Assembly (NCBI GenBank): GCA_016187335.1
Contig: JACPJW010000001.1
Span: 448,001-512,000 of the forward strand
DNA length: 64,000 bases
Source: Candidatus Aenigmatarchaeota archaeon
GTDB lineage: Archaea > Aenigmatarchaeota > Aenigmatarchaeia > GW2011-AR5
Direction of reading: 5' to 3'
In this document: positions 1 to 9,360 of the stretch, piece after piece
Position numbering within the stretch: position 1 is the first letter of the stretch
How the letters are laid out: every line of letters starts with the position of its first letter
Translations under genes and position numbers: made by a program
The notes under the pieces: generated by a model
Database searches by the model: none
Told to the model about the DNA's origin: nothing
The model's input: only the letters and a program-made list of their open reading frames with translations

Positions 1-423
1 CGTATTATTTCCTGCGATGATGAACTATACCCTCGCATAGCTGACGATGTAATTGCAAGCGGGACGACTTTGAATTTTCTGATGAGAGAACTTGGCCTGA
101 GGGAGTCTGATGTATATACATTGGTCCTGAGCGGAGATACGAACAGCGGCTGGAGAGATGCAACAGGCAGTACACTGGCGAATTCAAGGAATGTTTACGC
201 AGCTGCTGTTGCACTACGTCCTAACGCAAAGCCTGCAATATTTTCTACACGATATCTTTTGTACGGCGTCAAAAACAATCCAAGATACAGGGATTATTTG
301 GCAAAATACGTCGGCGGGGAGCAGAATGTTCGTAGTATTCTGCCAATGCTCAGGGAAATTGATTTGTCACCTTTTGATTTGCTGTACAAAGAACCGCGAG
401 AATTTCTCCGGAAATATGGATAG
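1..423 (+). CDS. Type I phosphoribosyltransferase-like protein, 5'-truncated by the window edge
   Basis: Frame is open from base 1 and reads RIADDVIASGTTLNFL, matching the PRPP-binding loop (hhhDDhhxSGxT). The ORF track starts it at 70, after the motif. Confidence 0.55.
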   Translation, partial: RIISCDDELYPRIADDVIASGTTLNFLMRELGLRESDVYTLVLSGDTNSGWRDATGSTLANSRNVYAAAVALRPNAKPAIFSTRYLLYGVKNNPRYRDYLAKYVGGEQNVRSILPMLREIDLSPFDLLYKEPREFLRKYG

Positions 424-430
424 TGATTCT

Positions 431-967
431 ATGAAGATTCAGGTTGGAGTTATAGGTCCTGCGGAAGAAGAGTATTCTTCTGACAAAAAAATGCGCGAAA
501 AAATTGAGATAACGGCAGAGAGATTAGGCGAACTTGTCGCAGAAAGCGGCGCTGTTTTGTTTACAGGCGGCATGAGCGGCGTAATGGAAGCTGCATCGCG
601 GGGTGCAAAAAAGAAAGGAGGTTTGACCATCGGCACGCCCGGACGAGACAGAGGAATTTCAAACAAATACGTGGATGTGGAAATATGCACGCCTATAGAC
701 ATAGGCGACTTTTTGTTTGCCGGGACGTGGAGCTGTGACGCAATTATTGTTGTTCCCGGAAGCGCAGGAACACTGGCGGAAATGTGCCTGGCTTACAGGG
801 CTAAAAAACCTATAATCGTATTGAGAGGATTTGATGAAATATACGAAAAATGGATAGATAACTACATTGACGAAGGAAAGTTCGTAAAAATCTTAGGGAC
901 AGAAACTCCAGAAGAAGCAGTTGAAATGGCTATTAAAATCGCCAAATTAAATCTAAATAAAAAGTGA
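431..967 (+). CDS. LOG/SLOG family protein (TIGR00725-like)
   Basis: GVIG N-terminus, TGGMSGVMEAASRGAK and PGSAGTLAE motifs. ATG at 431 follows the upstream stop. Confidence 0.85.
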   Translation: MKIQVGVIGPAEEEYSSDKKMREKIEITAERLGELVAESGAVLFTGGMSGVMEAASRGAKKKGGLTIGTPGRDRGISNKYVDVEICTPIDIGDFLFAGTWSCDAIIVVPGSAGTLAEMCLAYRAKKPIIVLRGFDEIYEKWIDNYIDEGKFVKILGTETPEEAVEMAIKIAKLNLNKK

Positions 968-972
968 TTATC

Positions 973-2238
973 ATGCCCAAATTCCAGACGCCACGAGGCA
1001 CCAGGGACTTTTTGCCTGAGAAGATGCTCAGAAGGCAGTTCGTTCTGGATACGCTGCGCGCTGTCTTTGAGAAATGGGGCTACGAGCCTTTGGAAACGCC
1101 TGCATTCGAGGACTGGGCCTTGCTGTCGGCGAAGCAGGGCGGCGGAGAAGAGATCAAGAAAGAGATATTTTATTTCAAGGACAAGGGCGACAGAGAAGTT
1201 GGCTTGCGTTTTGACCTGACCGTGCCGCTTGCCCGCGTTGTTGCAGGCAATCCCCAGCTGCCTAAGCCTTTCAAAAGATACGCCATCGGCAGGGTGTGGC
1301 GCTACGACGAGCCGCAGGCCGGCAGGTACAGGGAATTCTGGCAGGCTGACGTTGATATTATAGGCTCGCCCGAGAGCGACGCTGACGCCGAAATAATTGC
1401 TATAGCCTGCGAAGCCCTGCTGGTTCTAGGTTTCAAGGAATTCCAGATACGGCTGAACAACAGGAAGATTCTGGAATCCTTTGTGAAGTCTCTGGGCATC
1501 AAGGACCCTATGGCTGTTTTCCGCGCCGTTGACAAGCTGGAAAAGACAGGAGAGGAGCAGGTCAGAAAAGAGCTGAAAAAAACAGTCAGCAGCGCCCAGG
1601 CAGACGAAATAATGAAATTCCTGAAGATTAGGGAAACGGAAGAATTGCGTTCCTTGGCAAAAAGCGACGAGATGAGGGAAGCCATAGCGGAATTGGAATC
1701 GGTCCTTAACTCAATGAAGGGCTACGGCTATTCTGCTTTTGTTCGCAGCGACATGTCCCTGGTCCGCGGCCTTGAATATTATACAGGGCCGGTTTTCGAA
1801 ATAAAGGTGGGCAAAGCCAGGCTAAGCATAGGCGGCGGCGGCAGGTATGACAAGCTCATAGAATTGTTCGGCGGCAAGCCAACGCCTGCCACGGGCATTT
1901 CCTTCGGCGTTGAAAGGCTTGTGGATATCATGGAAGCGGAGAAAATGCTGGACACGCCGAAAACCATTGCAAGGGTGTTTATTGCGAGCGCCGGCGACGT
2001 CCGTCCGGCTGTCCTGAAAGCCGCCAAGGAGCTGAGAAGGCTTGGCATCAATTGCGAATACGACGTCATGCAGCGCGACTTGGGCAAGCAGCTGCAGTAC
2101 GTCAACGCCAGAAGCGTTCCTTTCGTGCTGATTATCGGCGAGAAAGAGGTTAAGGAAGGCGTTTATCGGCTAAGGGACATGAAAAGCGGCGAAGAGCAGT
2201 TGTTGAAAAGCTTGGAAGACGTGAAAAAGTGGGGTTAA
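973..2238 (+). CDS. hisS: Histidyl-tRNA synthetase
   Basis: PRGTRDF, LRFDLTVP, GRYREFWQ, RGLEYYTG and GGGRYD motifs, plus a C-terminal anticodon-binding domain. Confidence 0.97.
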   Translation: MPKFQTPRGTRDFLPEKMLRRQFVLDTLRAVFEKWGYEPLETPAFEDWALLSAKQGGGEEIKKEIFYFKDKGDREVGLRFDLTVPLARVVAGNPQLPKPFKRYAIGRVWRYDEPQAGRYREFWQADVDIIGSPESDADAEIIAIACEALLVLGFKEFQIRLNNRKILESFVKSLGIKDPMAVFRAVDKLEKTGEEQVRKELKKTVSSAQADEIMKFLKIRETEELRSLAKSDEMREAIAELESVLNSMKGYGYSAFVRSDMSLVRGLEYYTGPVFEIKVGKARLSIGGGGRYDKLIELFGGKPTPATGISFGVERLVDIMEAEKMLDTPKTIARVFIASAGDVRPAVLKAAKELRRLGINCEYDVMQRDLGKQLQYVNARSVPFVLIIGEKEVKEGVYRLRDMKSGEEQLLKSLEDVKKWG

Positions 2239-2298
2239 AGGAAAAAATTTGCAGGCCAGAAAGAGTCTCTCCTGTATCAAAGCCCTGTATCGCTGTTT

Positions 2299-2430
2299 TT
2301 ATGACTTAACCAAGATGTACGAGCACGCCATGCAGATGAATTCTTCATCCGCGCTGTAAGTCCTGTACGAGCCGCATCTCGGGCAGCCTTTTCTTGTTTT
2401 TGCTTCTGCAAGTCTTGTCTTTGCTTTCAT
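2299..2430 (-). CDS. Small zinc-ribbon protein (43 aa), missing from the ORF track
   Basis: Translates MKAKTRLAEAKTRKGCPRCGSYRTYSADEEFICMACSYILVKS with a CxxC...CxxC pattern. An AGGTGG SD-like sequence lies upstream. Confidence 0.6.
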   Translation of the reverse strand: MKAKTRLAEAKTRKGCPRCGSYRTYSADEEFICMACSYILVKS

Positions 2431-2702
2431 TTTCGTCAGCCCACCTGTTCCCACAATATCGGCATCAGAATATAAAGCTTCTAGCGGCGGAAACTATCTT
2501 TTACCCTACAATAATGCTTTTATGCGTAGTCTCTGGCAAGGGGTGAAAGCTTTAAAAAGGTTCCAGCCAAGTATAAAATGCTCTTACTTCTACGGTGTTT
2601 TAGCCAATGACAGTAAGGTTAGACAAAAATATGCAAAGCGGAAGAGCAGAACCGATTTCCGGCTTTTGGTGAGCTTCCGCCTTAGAAAAAGGTGAAAATA
2701 TT

Positions 2703-4496
2703 ATGGCAAAGGAAAAAATAGTGCCTGATACGTCAGTGATTATTTCAGGCATCTTAACGGATCTGATAGCCAAAGGCGAGCTGTCGGACGCGGAAATAAT
2801 CATGCCGGAGTTCGTTGTGGAAGAGCTTCGCGCCCAGTCGTCAAAAGGCAGGGAAATAGGCTTCAAGGGCCTGGAAGAACTGAAGAAATTGCGGGAGCTC
2901 AGCGGCGAGAAAATCAAGCTTGTCAAAATAGGCCGCAGGCAGACGATGGAGGAAATACAATTGGCAAAATACGGCAGGATAGACGCTCTAATCATTGATA
3001 TTGCCAGGGAATACGATGCCGTTCTTTACACTGCTGACTATGTCCAGTTCCTCGTGTGCGATGCCGAGGGCATCAAGACGCGCTACTTCAAGCCTTACGA
3101 AAAAAAAATAGAAACAAAGCTTTCCTCGATGCTGACCAAGGATACAATGTCCCTGCATCTGAAGGAAGGGACGGTGCCGATGGCGAAGCGAGGCCTGCCC
3201 GGTAAGTTTTCTTTAGTCAAGCTGAGGGAGGAGCTGCTGACAGAGGACGAACTGGAAGAGATTATCAAGGAGGTCATGGACGCGGCCAGGTATGAAGAGG
3301 ACACGTTCATAGAAGTGGGCGGCCACGTGGCTTCTGTCGTGCAGATGGGCGACATGAGGATAGCGATAGCACGTCCTCCTTTCTCCGACGGCGTAGAGAT
3401 TACAGTGGTCAGGCCAATAATCAAGCTGACGCTGGAAGACTACAAGCTTTCTGAAAAGCTCAAAGAGCGCCTTGCAAAGCGCGCTGACGGAATTCTCATA
3501 GCCGGCCCGCCCGGCTCAGGAAAAAGCACTTTTGCCGCCTCCCTTGCGGAGTTTTATGAAAGACAGGGCAAGATTGTGAAGACAATGGAATCACCAAGGG
3601 ACTTGCAGGTAGGCCCGGAGATAACGCAGTACAGCAAATTGAAGGGCTCTTTCGAGAATACAGCGGACATGCTCCTGCTTGTGAGACCGGACTACACTGT
3701 TTTCGACGAGGTGCGGAAAACCGAGGACTTTCTTATATTCAGCGACATGCGCCTTGCGGGAATAGGCATGATCGGCGTTGTCCATGCCACGGAGCCCGTT
3801 GACGCCGTGCAGCGCTTCATCGGCAGGATTGAACTGGGCATGGTGCCTCACATCATTGACACAATCATATACATCAAGGACGGCGTCATCAAAAATGTTT
3901 ACGTATTGTCTTTGGTCGTGAGGACGCCGACAGGCATGACAGAAGCTGACCTGGCAAGGCCTGTTGTTGAAGTCAGGGATTTTGAAACAGGAACAATGGA
4001 ATACGAAATATACACCTACGGCGAGGAGAACGTAATCATACCGGTGAAAGAGAAAAAAGAATCAGCGCTGCAAAGGCTTGCCAAAAAACACATATTCGAG
4101 GAAATCAAGCGCTTCGACAGGGACGCGCAGGTGGAATTCATGAGCGACGAGAAGATCCTCGTCAAGGTGGACAACGAAATTATCCCAAGAATCATCGGCA
4201 AGGAAGGCGTGACTATAAAGCATCTGGAAGAAAAGCTGGGATTGCACATTGACATCCTGCCGAAGGTGGAAACATTCGGAAAGGAGACGAAGTTTGACCA
4301 GGAAGAGAGCGGCGCGTACATGCAGTTCGTTTTCAGCGAGAAGCAGGGCAGGATTGTCAACTTCTACGCAGGAAAGGATTATTTGTTCTCGGCAACAATA
4401 GGCAAGAACGGCCGCATCAAGGTCAGCAAGGATTCCGATATAGGCAAGGAAGCCATGAAGGCGCTGGCCAAAGGGACCCTGAAGACGTTTGTATAA
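2703..4496 (+). CDS. PIN domain + PilT-like ATPase + KH protein (PINA family)
   Basis: N-terminal PDTSVII PIN motif, Walker A GPPGSGKST, RPDYTVFDEVR, C-terminal KH motif IIGKEG. Confidence 0.9.
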   Translation: MAKEKIVPDTSVIISGILTDLIAKGELSDAEIIMPEFVVEELRAQSSKGREIGFKGLEELKKLRELSGEKIKLVKIGRRQTMEEIQLAKYGRIDALIIDIAREYDAVLYTADYVQFLVCDAEGIKTRYFKPYEKKIETKLSSMLTKDTMSLHLKEGTVPMAKRGLPGKFSLVKLREELLTEDELEEIIKEVMDAARYEEDTFIEVGGHVASVVQMGDMRIAIARPPFSDGVEITVVRPIIKLTLEDYKLSEKLKERLAKRADGILIAGPPGSGKSTFAASLAEFYERQGKIVKTMESPRDLQVGPEITQYSKLKGSFENTADMLLLVRPDYTVFDEVRKTEDFLIFSDMRLAGIGMIGVVHATEPVDAVQRFIGRIELGMVPHIIDTIIYIKDGVIKNVYVLSLVVRTPTGMTEADLARPVVEVRDFETGTMEYEIYTYGEENVIIPVKEKKESALQRLAKKHIFEEIKRFDRDAQVEFMSDEKILVKVDNEIIPRIIGKEGVTIKHLEEKLGLHIDILPKVETFGKETKFDQEESGAYMQFVFSEKQGRIVNFYAGKDYLFSATIGKNGRIKVSKDSDIGKEAMKALAKGTLKTFV

Positions 4497-4543
4497 CGGG
4501 TTGATTCTACAAGTTTTAATACTTTAAAGTAGTAACGAGTCGT

Positions 4544-5131
4544 GTGGTTAGAATGCCCAATGAAGGTTCAGGTCTAATCGTATTTCTTAATGGCACAAGC
4601 AGTTCTGGAAAAACCAGTATAGCTGCTGAGCTGACCAGAACACTGTTTGGCTACGAGTACATGGGGGTAGATGAATATTTAACGCGTGACAGAAATTTAG
4701 ACGAACAACTTCAAAGACAGGATGAGCAAGGCATAGTTAAAGCGGCTACAGATGCCATTTATAATTTCCACAACTCAATTGCGGCCAGGGCTGCTGCAGG
4801 ACGGAACGTTGTCGCGGATCATGTTCTTTGGGATTCCGAACTGACAGAGCACGCCGCGAGAACCCTAGGGCCTTACCATGTCCTTCTCGTGGGCGTATAT
4901 TGCCCTCTTGATATCGCAAAGGAGAGGGAAAAGAAACGTGGTGACAGAATTCTAGGGATTGTGCAATGTCAATTTCCGGTTGTTCATGAAGGCAAGCTAT
5001 ATGATGTGACGGTCGATACTTCTGTTTTGAGACCCGAGCAGTGCGCAACAGAAATTATAGACGCAATTAATAGTAGGCAGTATATTTCTCGGCCTACTCG
5101 TGAAAAATTTGTTGTACCAACTGAATTATAA
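4544..5131 (+). CDS. Chloramphenicol phosphotransferase-like P-loop kinase
   Basis: LNGTSSSGKTS P-loop, VVADHV, VGVYCPL...RE..RGDR and YD.TVDTS, all typical of the CPT family. Confidence 0.75.
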   Translation: MVRMPNEGSGLIVFLNGTSSSGKTSIAAELTRTLFGYEYMGVDEYLTRDRNLDEQLQRQDEQGIVKAATDAIYNFHNSIAARAAAGRNVVADHVLWDSELTEHAARTLGPYHVLLVGVYCPLDIAKEREKKRGDRILGIVQCQFPVVHEGKLYDVTVDTSVLRPEQCATEIIDAINSRQYISRPTREKFVVPTEL

Positions 5132-5181
5132 ATAATAAGAGAAAGAAATCAAGGAAAACAAAGGAGAGGTTGGTCTTGTCT

Positions 5182-5490
5182 ATGGACATAGAGTTTTGTG
5201 GTTGCGGCGGCATGCTTGCGCCTGCCGGAAAGGGATTGCTAAGGTGCAGGTCCTGCGGCAAGGAACTGGAAAAAAAATTTCATGGCAAAATAACGGCAAA
5301 GTCCGAGAAAAAGGAAATCGTCGTGATAGAAGACAACGCTCCTGATCTGCCGACAACTGACAAGGAATGCCCGAAGTGCAAGCATGGAAAGGCTTACTGG
5401 TGGCTCATCCAGACAAGGAGCGCGGACGAGCCGCCCACGCAGTTCTTCCGATGCATAAAGTGCAGGCACGTGTGGCGGGAGTACAAGTGA
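5182..5490 (+). CDS. tfs: Transcription factor S / RpoM family
   Basis: Two zinc ribbons and the QTRSADEPPT acidic hairpin motif. Confidence 0.92.
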   Translation: MDIEFCGCGGMLAPAGKGLLRCRSCGKELEKKFHGKITAKSEKKEIVVIEDNAPDLPTTDKECPKCKHGKAYWWLIQTRSADEPPTQFFRCIKCRHVWREYK

Positions 5491-5563
5491 TTTTTTCGCA
5501 GTCTTCACGTGATTAATTAAAGTTTTCAATTTCCTTTAAGAAAATTGTTTCCAAAGGAAATTC

Positions 5564-6634
5564 ATGAATTCTTCAGATGCACTTCTCAGGGAGCTTTCTC
5601 CTTATTTCATACCGCCTGAAAAGACCCGTGCAAGGCAGCGTTTCGGCGGCTTTGATGCGGCGAAAACAACATTCAGGGATGCGAAGGTCATCGTATACGG
5701 CGTGCCGTTTGAAGGCACACAGACATATCATGCGGGCAGTCACCTCGGGCCGTGGGCAATCAGGGACGTAACGGGCAACCAGCTTGAACCCTTTGTAATC
5801 GACCAGGGAATCGATCCTTATGCCGCAGTCGGAGTTTTTGATATCGGCGACTTCAAACTTCGCGTTTATAGAAACGATAGAAAACTGATTTATGATGTAA
5901 TGCATCCTTCTGTCAGGGCAACCAAAAGGCAGATAGAAGCAGCCAAAGCCAGAGTAAACAGGGCTGTTGAAAAGCTAGGTAGCCTGGAAAGAATTACCGA
6001 AATGCTGAGGAATGAAGGCAAAGTTCCGCTCATGCTTGGAGGCGAGCATCTGGTTTCTTTGTGGCCTATCAGGGGCGTTTCCAGAGAAAATCCTGTAGTT
6101 CTTCATTTTGACGCTCATATGGACATGAAAAGACAGTATTTAGGCGTCGTTTATTCTCATACAACACCGATGTATCATGTGATTTACGGCGACAAGCCTG
6201 TTGAGGGCAGGGATTTTGTCCAGATAGGAATAAGGCAGGCGTCACCTGATGAGATTGGTAACGCCAAGGAAAAAGGCGTAAATGTTTTTTATTCGCTGAA
6301 ACACACATGGAGAGGAATAGAATCGCAGTTTTCGGATGAAATGATAGCTGATGTGAAAACCTTTGTAAGGGAAATCACGCATGGCAGGCGGGTTTACGTG
6401 ACATTTGATATGGACGTTTTGGATTGCCCTTACGTCCCATTCAGTGGAACTCCCGAGCCTTTTGGAATAACTCCGCTACAGGCTTACAAAATATTTCAGT
6501 CAATAGATGACGGTGCCGAAATAATAGGCATGGATTTTGTTGAAACAAGTTCTGATGGCAAAAGCACAATAGAAGGAGCTGTTGCCTCGCATCTGATTCT
6601 AAGAATGCTCTGCCACCCTTCACTGAGGCGCTAA
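5564..6634 (+). CDS. speB: Agmatinase / arginase-family ureohydrolase
   Basis: GGEH, HFDAHMD, TFDMDVLD and GTPEPFG metal-binding motifs. Confidence 0.8.
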   Translation: MNSSDALLRELSPYFIPPEKTRARQRFGGFDAAKTTFRDAKVIVYGVPFEGTQTYHAGSHLGPWAIRDVTGNQLEPFVIDQGIDPYAAVGVFDIGDFKLRVYRNDRKLIYDVMHPSVRATKRQIEAAKARVNRAVEKLGSLERITEMLRNEGKVPLMLGGEHLVSLWPIRGVSRENPVVLHFDAHMDMKRQYLGVVYSHTTPMYHVIYGDKPVEGRDFVQIGIRQASPDEIGNAKEKGVNVFYSLKHTWRGIESQFSDEMIADVKTFVREITHGRRVYVTFDMDVLDCPYVPFSGTPEPFGITPLQAYKIFQSIDDGAEIIGMDFVETSSDGKSTIEGAVASHLILRMLCHPSLRR

Positions 6635-7332
6635 ACCCAAACCCCCAGCAATGAGCCGATAAGGAAGCCTGTCAATGCCGCTGCCATCCCGACCAAGGAC
6701 ATCTCTATTCCGCTCTTCCACCATGTGCCCAGAGTCATCTTCGCCTTGACGGAGCCGGCGATGAACAAAGTGATAGTTGAAATTATTACGGAAACAATTA
6801 TAGCATCCTTTATCGGTATGAAGAAGAAAGGCAGCAGCGGTATCAGCGAGCCGATGATAGCTGAGAATCCTACGACGAATGCGCTTTTTGTCGGGTTCTC
6901 AGAGTCCTCAGGCGATACGTGAAGTTCCTCTGTCATCATCGTGTCCAGCCACACCTTCTTGTCGGACGTGATTTTGTCCACTATTTTTTTCAGCGGGGCG
7001 CCGCGGAATCCTTTCCTGTAATAAATGTCGCGAATTTCCTTCCTTTCGACATGCGGCAGTTCCCTTATCTCCTTCATCTCCCTTTCCTTTTCGCTTTTGT
7101 AGAAATCCCTGCTTGCCTTGAAGGACGTGTAAGCGACAGCTGCCATGGAAATGCTCTCCGCAAAGGTGGCGGCAATGCCGGCAATAATGACTATTCTGGC
7201 GTCCTGCACGGCTGTCGCGACACCGAGAATGATTCCCAGAACATTGACGAGGCCGTCCTGCCCGCCGAGGATGAAGTCGCGCAGCGTAGAGCCGCTCTTG
7301 TGCATTTCCCTGTGAACGTCTGCTGACGACAT
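6631..7332 (-). CDS. VIT1/CCC1 family metal transporter
   Basis: RDFILGGQDGLV, AESISMA and GSLIPLLPF motifs, with about 5 TM segments. Confidence 0.92.
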   Translation of the reverse strand: MSSADVHREMHKSGSTLRDFILGGQDGLVNVLGIILGVATAVQDARIVIIAGIAATFAESISMAAVAYTSFKASRDFYKSEKEREMKEIRELPHVERKEIRDIYYRKGFRGAPLKKIVDKITSDKKVWLDTMMTEELHVSPEDSENPTKSAFVVGFSAIIGSLIPLLPFFFIPIKDAIIVSVIISTITLFIAGSVKAKMTLGTWWKSGIEMSLVGMAAALTGFLIGSLLGVWV

Positions 7333-7397
7333 GGTTTTCTCTTGGCGAAAACGTGATTTAAAGATTTTAGTTGAGTTTTAGTGTAGCATTAGTTCAT

Positions 7398-7661
7398 GCG
7401 CCCGTAGCTCAGCTTGGCAAACTTTGCTACTCCAAAGTTTGATCAAAAGAGGTCTGTGACGAAGTTTGAGCAAATAGAGCACTTCTCTCCTAGAGGTGAA
7501 TTGAGCGCAACGGAAGACTGAAGTTTCTGAAGAAACTTCAGCCGGTTTTGTGCGATGATAATTTCCTGAAGTGAGGAAGGGGCCGCGCGTTCGAATGCAC
7601 CCTTTCTTGGAAAGAAAGCGTGCACGGAAAGAAAAGGGTGCCGAATATCGCGCCGGGCGCG
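7398..7661 (+). tRNA. tRNA-Arg(CCT) with three introns (7418-7473 D-loop, 7493-7573 at 37/38, 7596-7647 at 59/60)
   Basis: Exons join to a full cloverleaf: GCGCCCG/CGGGCGC acceptor stem, GCTC/GAGC D stem, CTTCT-CTCCTAA-GGAAG anticodon arm, GCGCG-TTCGAAT-CGCGC T arm. Each junction forms a BHB or relaxed BHB. Confidence 0.9.
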
Positions 7662-7664
7662 CTT

Positions 7665-7967
7665 ATGTTCCATTACAGAGATCCGATAAGGGAAATAGCG
7701 GAAGAAGACGGATATTTCCTCACCGAGACAGCCGAAGGTATGAATCTTGCCTTGAAGACAATCTTAGGCTTTGCAAGCATAATACTCAGGGAACTGGAAG
7801 GGGGGAAATGTTATGTAAAAATAGTACTTGAGCCTCCTAGAGGTTTATCAAGGACAGCCGAAGAAATTTTTGAAAGTCCTTATTCCGCGGCCGGATATGT
7901 TGCAAAATGGATGTGCGGACCTATCTATACGGATCTGGTTCAAGAAGTTGAGGCGTTAATTCTCTAA
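7665..7967 (+). CDS. Hypothetical protein
   Basis: 100-aa ORF starting 3 nt after the tRNA. The track's 7620 start lies inside the tRNA intron. Confidence 0.55.
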   Translation: MFHYRDPIREIAEEDGYFLTETAEGMNLALKTILGFASIILRELEGGKCYVKIVLEPPRGLSRTAEEIFESPYSAAGYVAKWMCGPIYTDLVQEVEALIL

Positions 7968-8001
7968 TCTTTATATTCCGCCTTCGCACAAAAGATTCAT
8001 T

Positions 8002-9339
8002 ATGAGGAAATATCTGTTATCAATAGTCCTGCTGCTGCTTTCGTCTGTACCTGTTTTTGCAGTGGGCAACCTCACGGTTTTCAGCGTTCCTTTATCACAG
8101 CCGGCTGTCTACGCAAACACCAACCAGTCCGTTAACGTCCTTAACCTGACCCTGAACGTGACGGCGGGCAGCGGCGCGGACGGCGTCATCAACATAACTG
8201 TCATCAATATTACGGTGACCAACAGCAGCGAAGGCAACCTGTCAGCGGGCAATATATCAGCGGTTGAGGTCAGGAACAGCACGGGGTTCCCGATAGCAAG
8301 GAACACAACAGTCAATCCTGCAAACAACATGACGTTCACGATTTCAATCCCGGGAGGGCTGACCATAAACACATCTAATGCGACCATATGGATTGCCATC
8401 AACATATCAAGGTCGGCGGCGCGCTTCCTGAACATATCAGTGAACATAACGGGTCCCGGGGAAATAGGCACGAACAGCTCTGTGAACAATATCACGATAT
8501 CAGGCGTTTCAATAAAGTCAAACGGCGTGCAGATACAGAATTTACATTCAAACTCAACAATATCGCCGCGCTTTGTGGACACGGGCGTTGAGAACCAGTC
8601 GTTCACTTACACCTTGGTTCCGCCGACTGGAACGGATGCAATAAAGAACGTCAGTATTTCGTTCCCGGCCAATTACACCTTGTCCAAGCTCATTTCAATA
8701 ATGGTTGGCGGCGGCGTCCCGGACGGCGCGACAAACAATACAGCCGTCAACGGCATAAACATTTCCCTGAGCACGGCCACGACCCAGACAATACAGGTAA
8801 ACTTCACCGCCAACACTTCCGTCAATCCTATCCAGAACAGGGCGTTCTCATCAACCCTGGACGGAGGAAACCTCTCTGCCGTGTCAACTGATCCCACGCT
8901 GGAAGGGGTGAATGTAAGCACACAGCCCATACTGAACCTTACGAACGTCACCCTGGTAAAAAGCACTGCAATAATCAACGGCACCGATTACTGGGAATTC
9001 AATTTCACTTTGAATTACACTGCCAACATATCAACAGGAGGCCTGATTCAGTTCAGGCTCACGGACTGGAACACTTCTTCCGGCAGCACGCTTGCATTGA
9101 ACAATTCATTGTGCGATGGCAGCAGGTGCGCGTCCCTGAGGAACGAGACAACCATGAACACCACAGGGAAATTCAACATAACGAATGATTACGAATCTTT
9201 CACAAAGGGAATCACCATATCGTCCATAACACAGGGCACCCTGACAATACTGGTCTTGAGAATGGTAATACCTTCAAATGCCCCGACATCATCCAACTGG
9301 CAGGCTGCTTACGGATTTTTGTTCAGGTCAAGCCCTTGA
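8002..9339 (+). CDS. Secreted Asn/Thr-rich surface glycoprotein
   Basis: Signal peptide, very dense N-x-S/T sequons, beta-rich, no C-terminal TM. The N-terminal module resembles the repeats of 55804-62394. Confidence 0.75.
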   Translation: MRKYLLSIVLLLLSSVPVFAVGNLTVFSVPLSQPAVYANTNQSVNVLNLTLNVTAGSGADGVINITVINITVTNSSEGNLSAGNISAVEVRNSTGFPIARNTTVNPANNMTFTISIPGGLTINTSNATIWIAINISRSAARFLNISVNITGPGEIGTNSSVNNITISGVSIKSNGVQIQNLHSNSTISPRFVDTGVENQSFTYTLVPPTGTDAIKNVSISFPANYTLSKLISIMVGGGVPDGATNNTAVNGINISLSTATTQTIQVNFTANTSVNPIQNRAFSSTLDGGNLSAVSTDPTLEGVNVSTQPILNLTNVTLVKSTAIINGTDYWEFNFTLNYTANISTGGLIQFRLTDWNTSSGSTLALNNSLCDGSRCASLRNETTMNTTGKFNITNDYESFTKGITISSITQGTLTILVLRMVIPSNAPTSSNWQAAYGFLFRSSP

Positions 9340-9360
9340 CGTTTTTAATAGTGATGCTGA

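Noticed and set aside
7571-7831. ORFs 7571-7831 and 7443-7673, and the 7620 start
   Set aside because: They overlap tRNA-Arg exons and introns.
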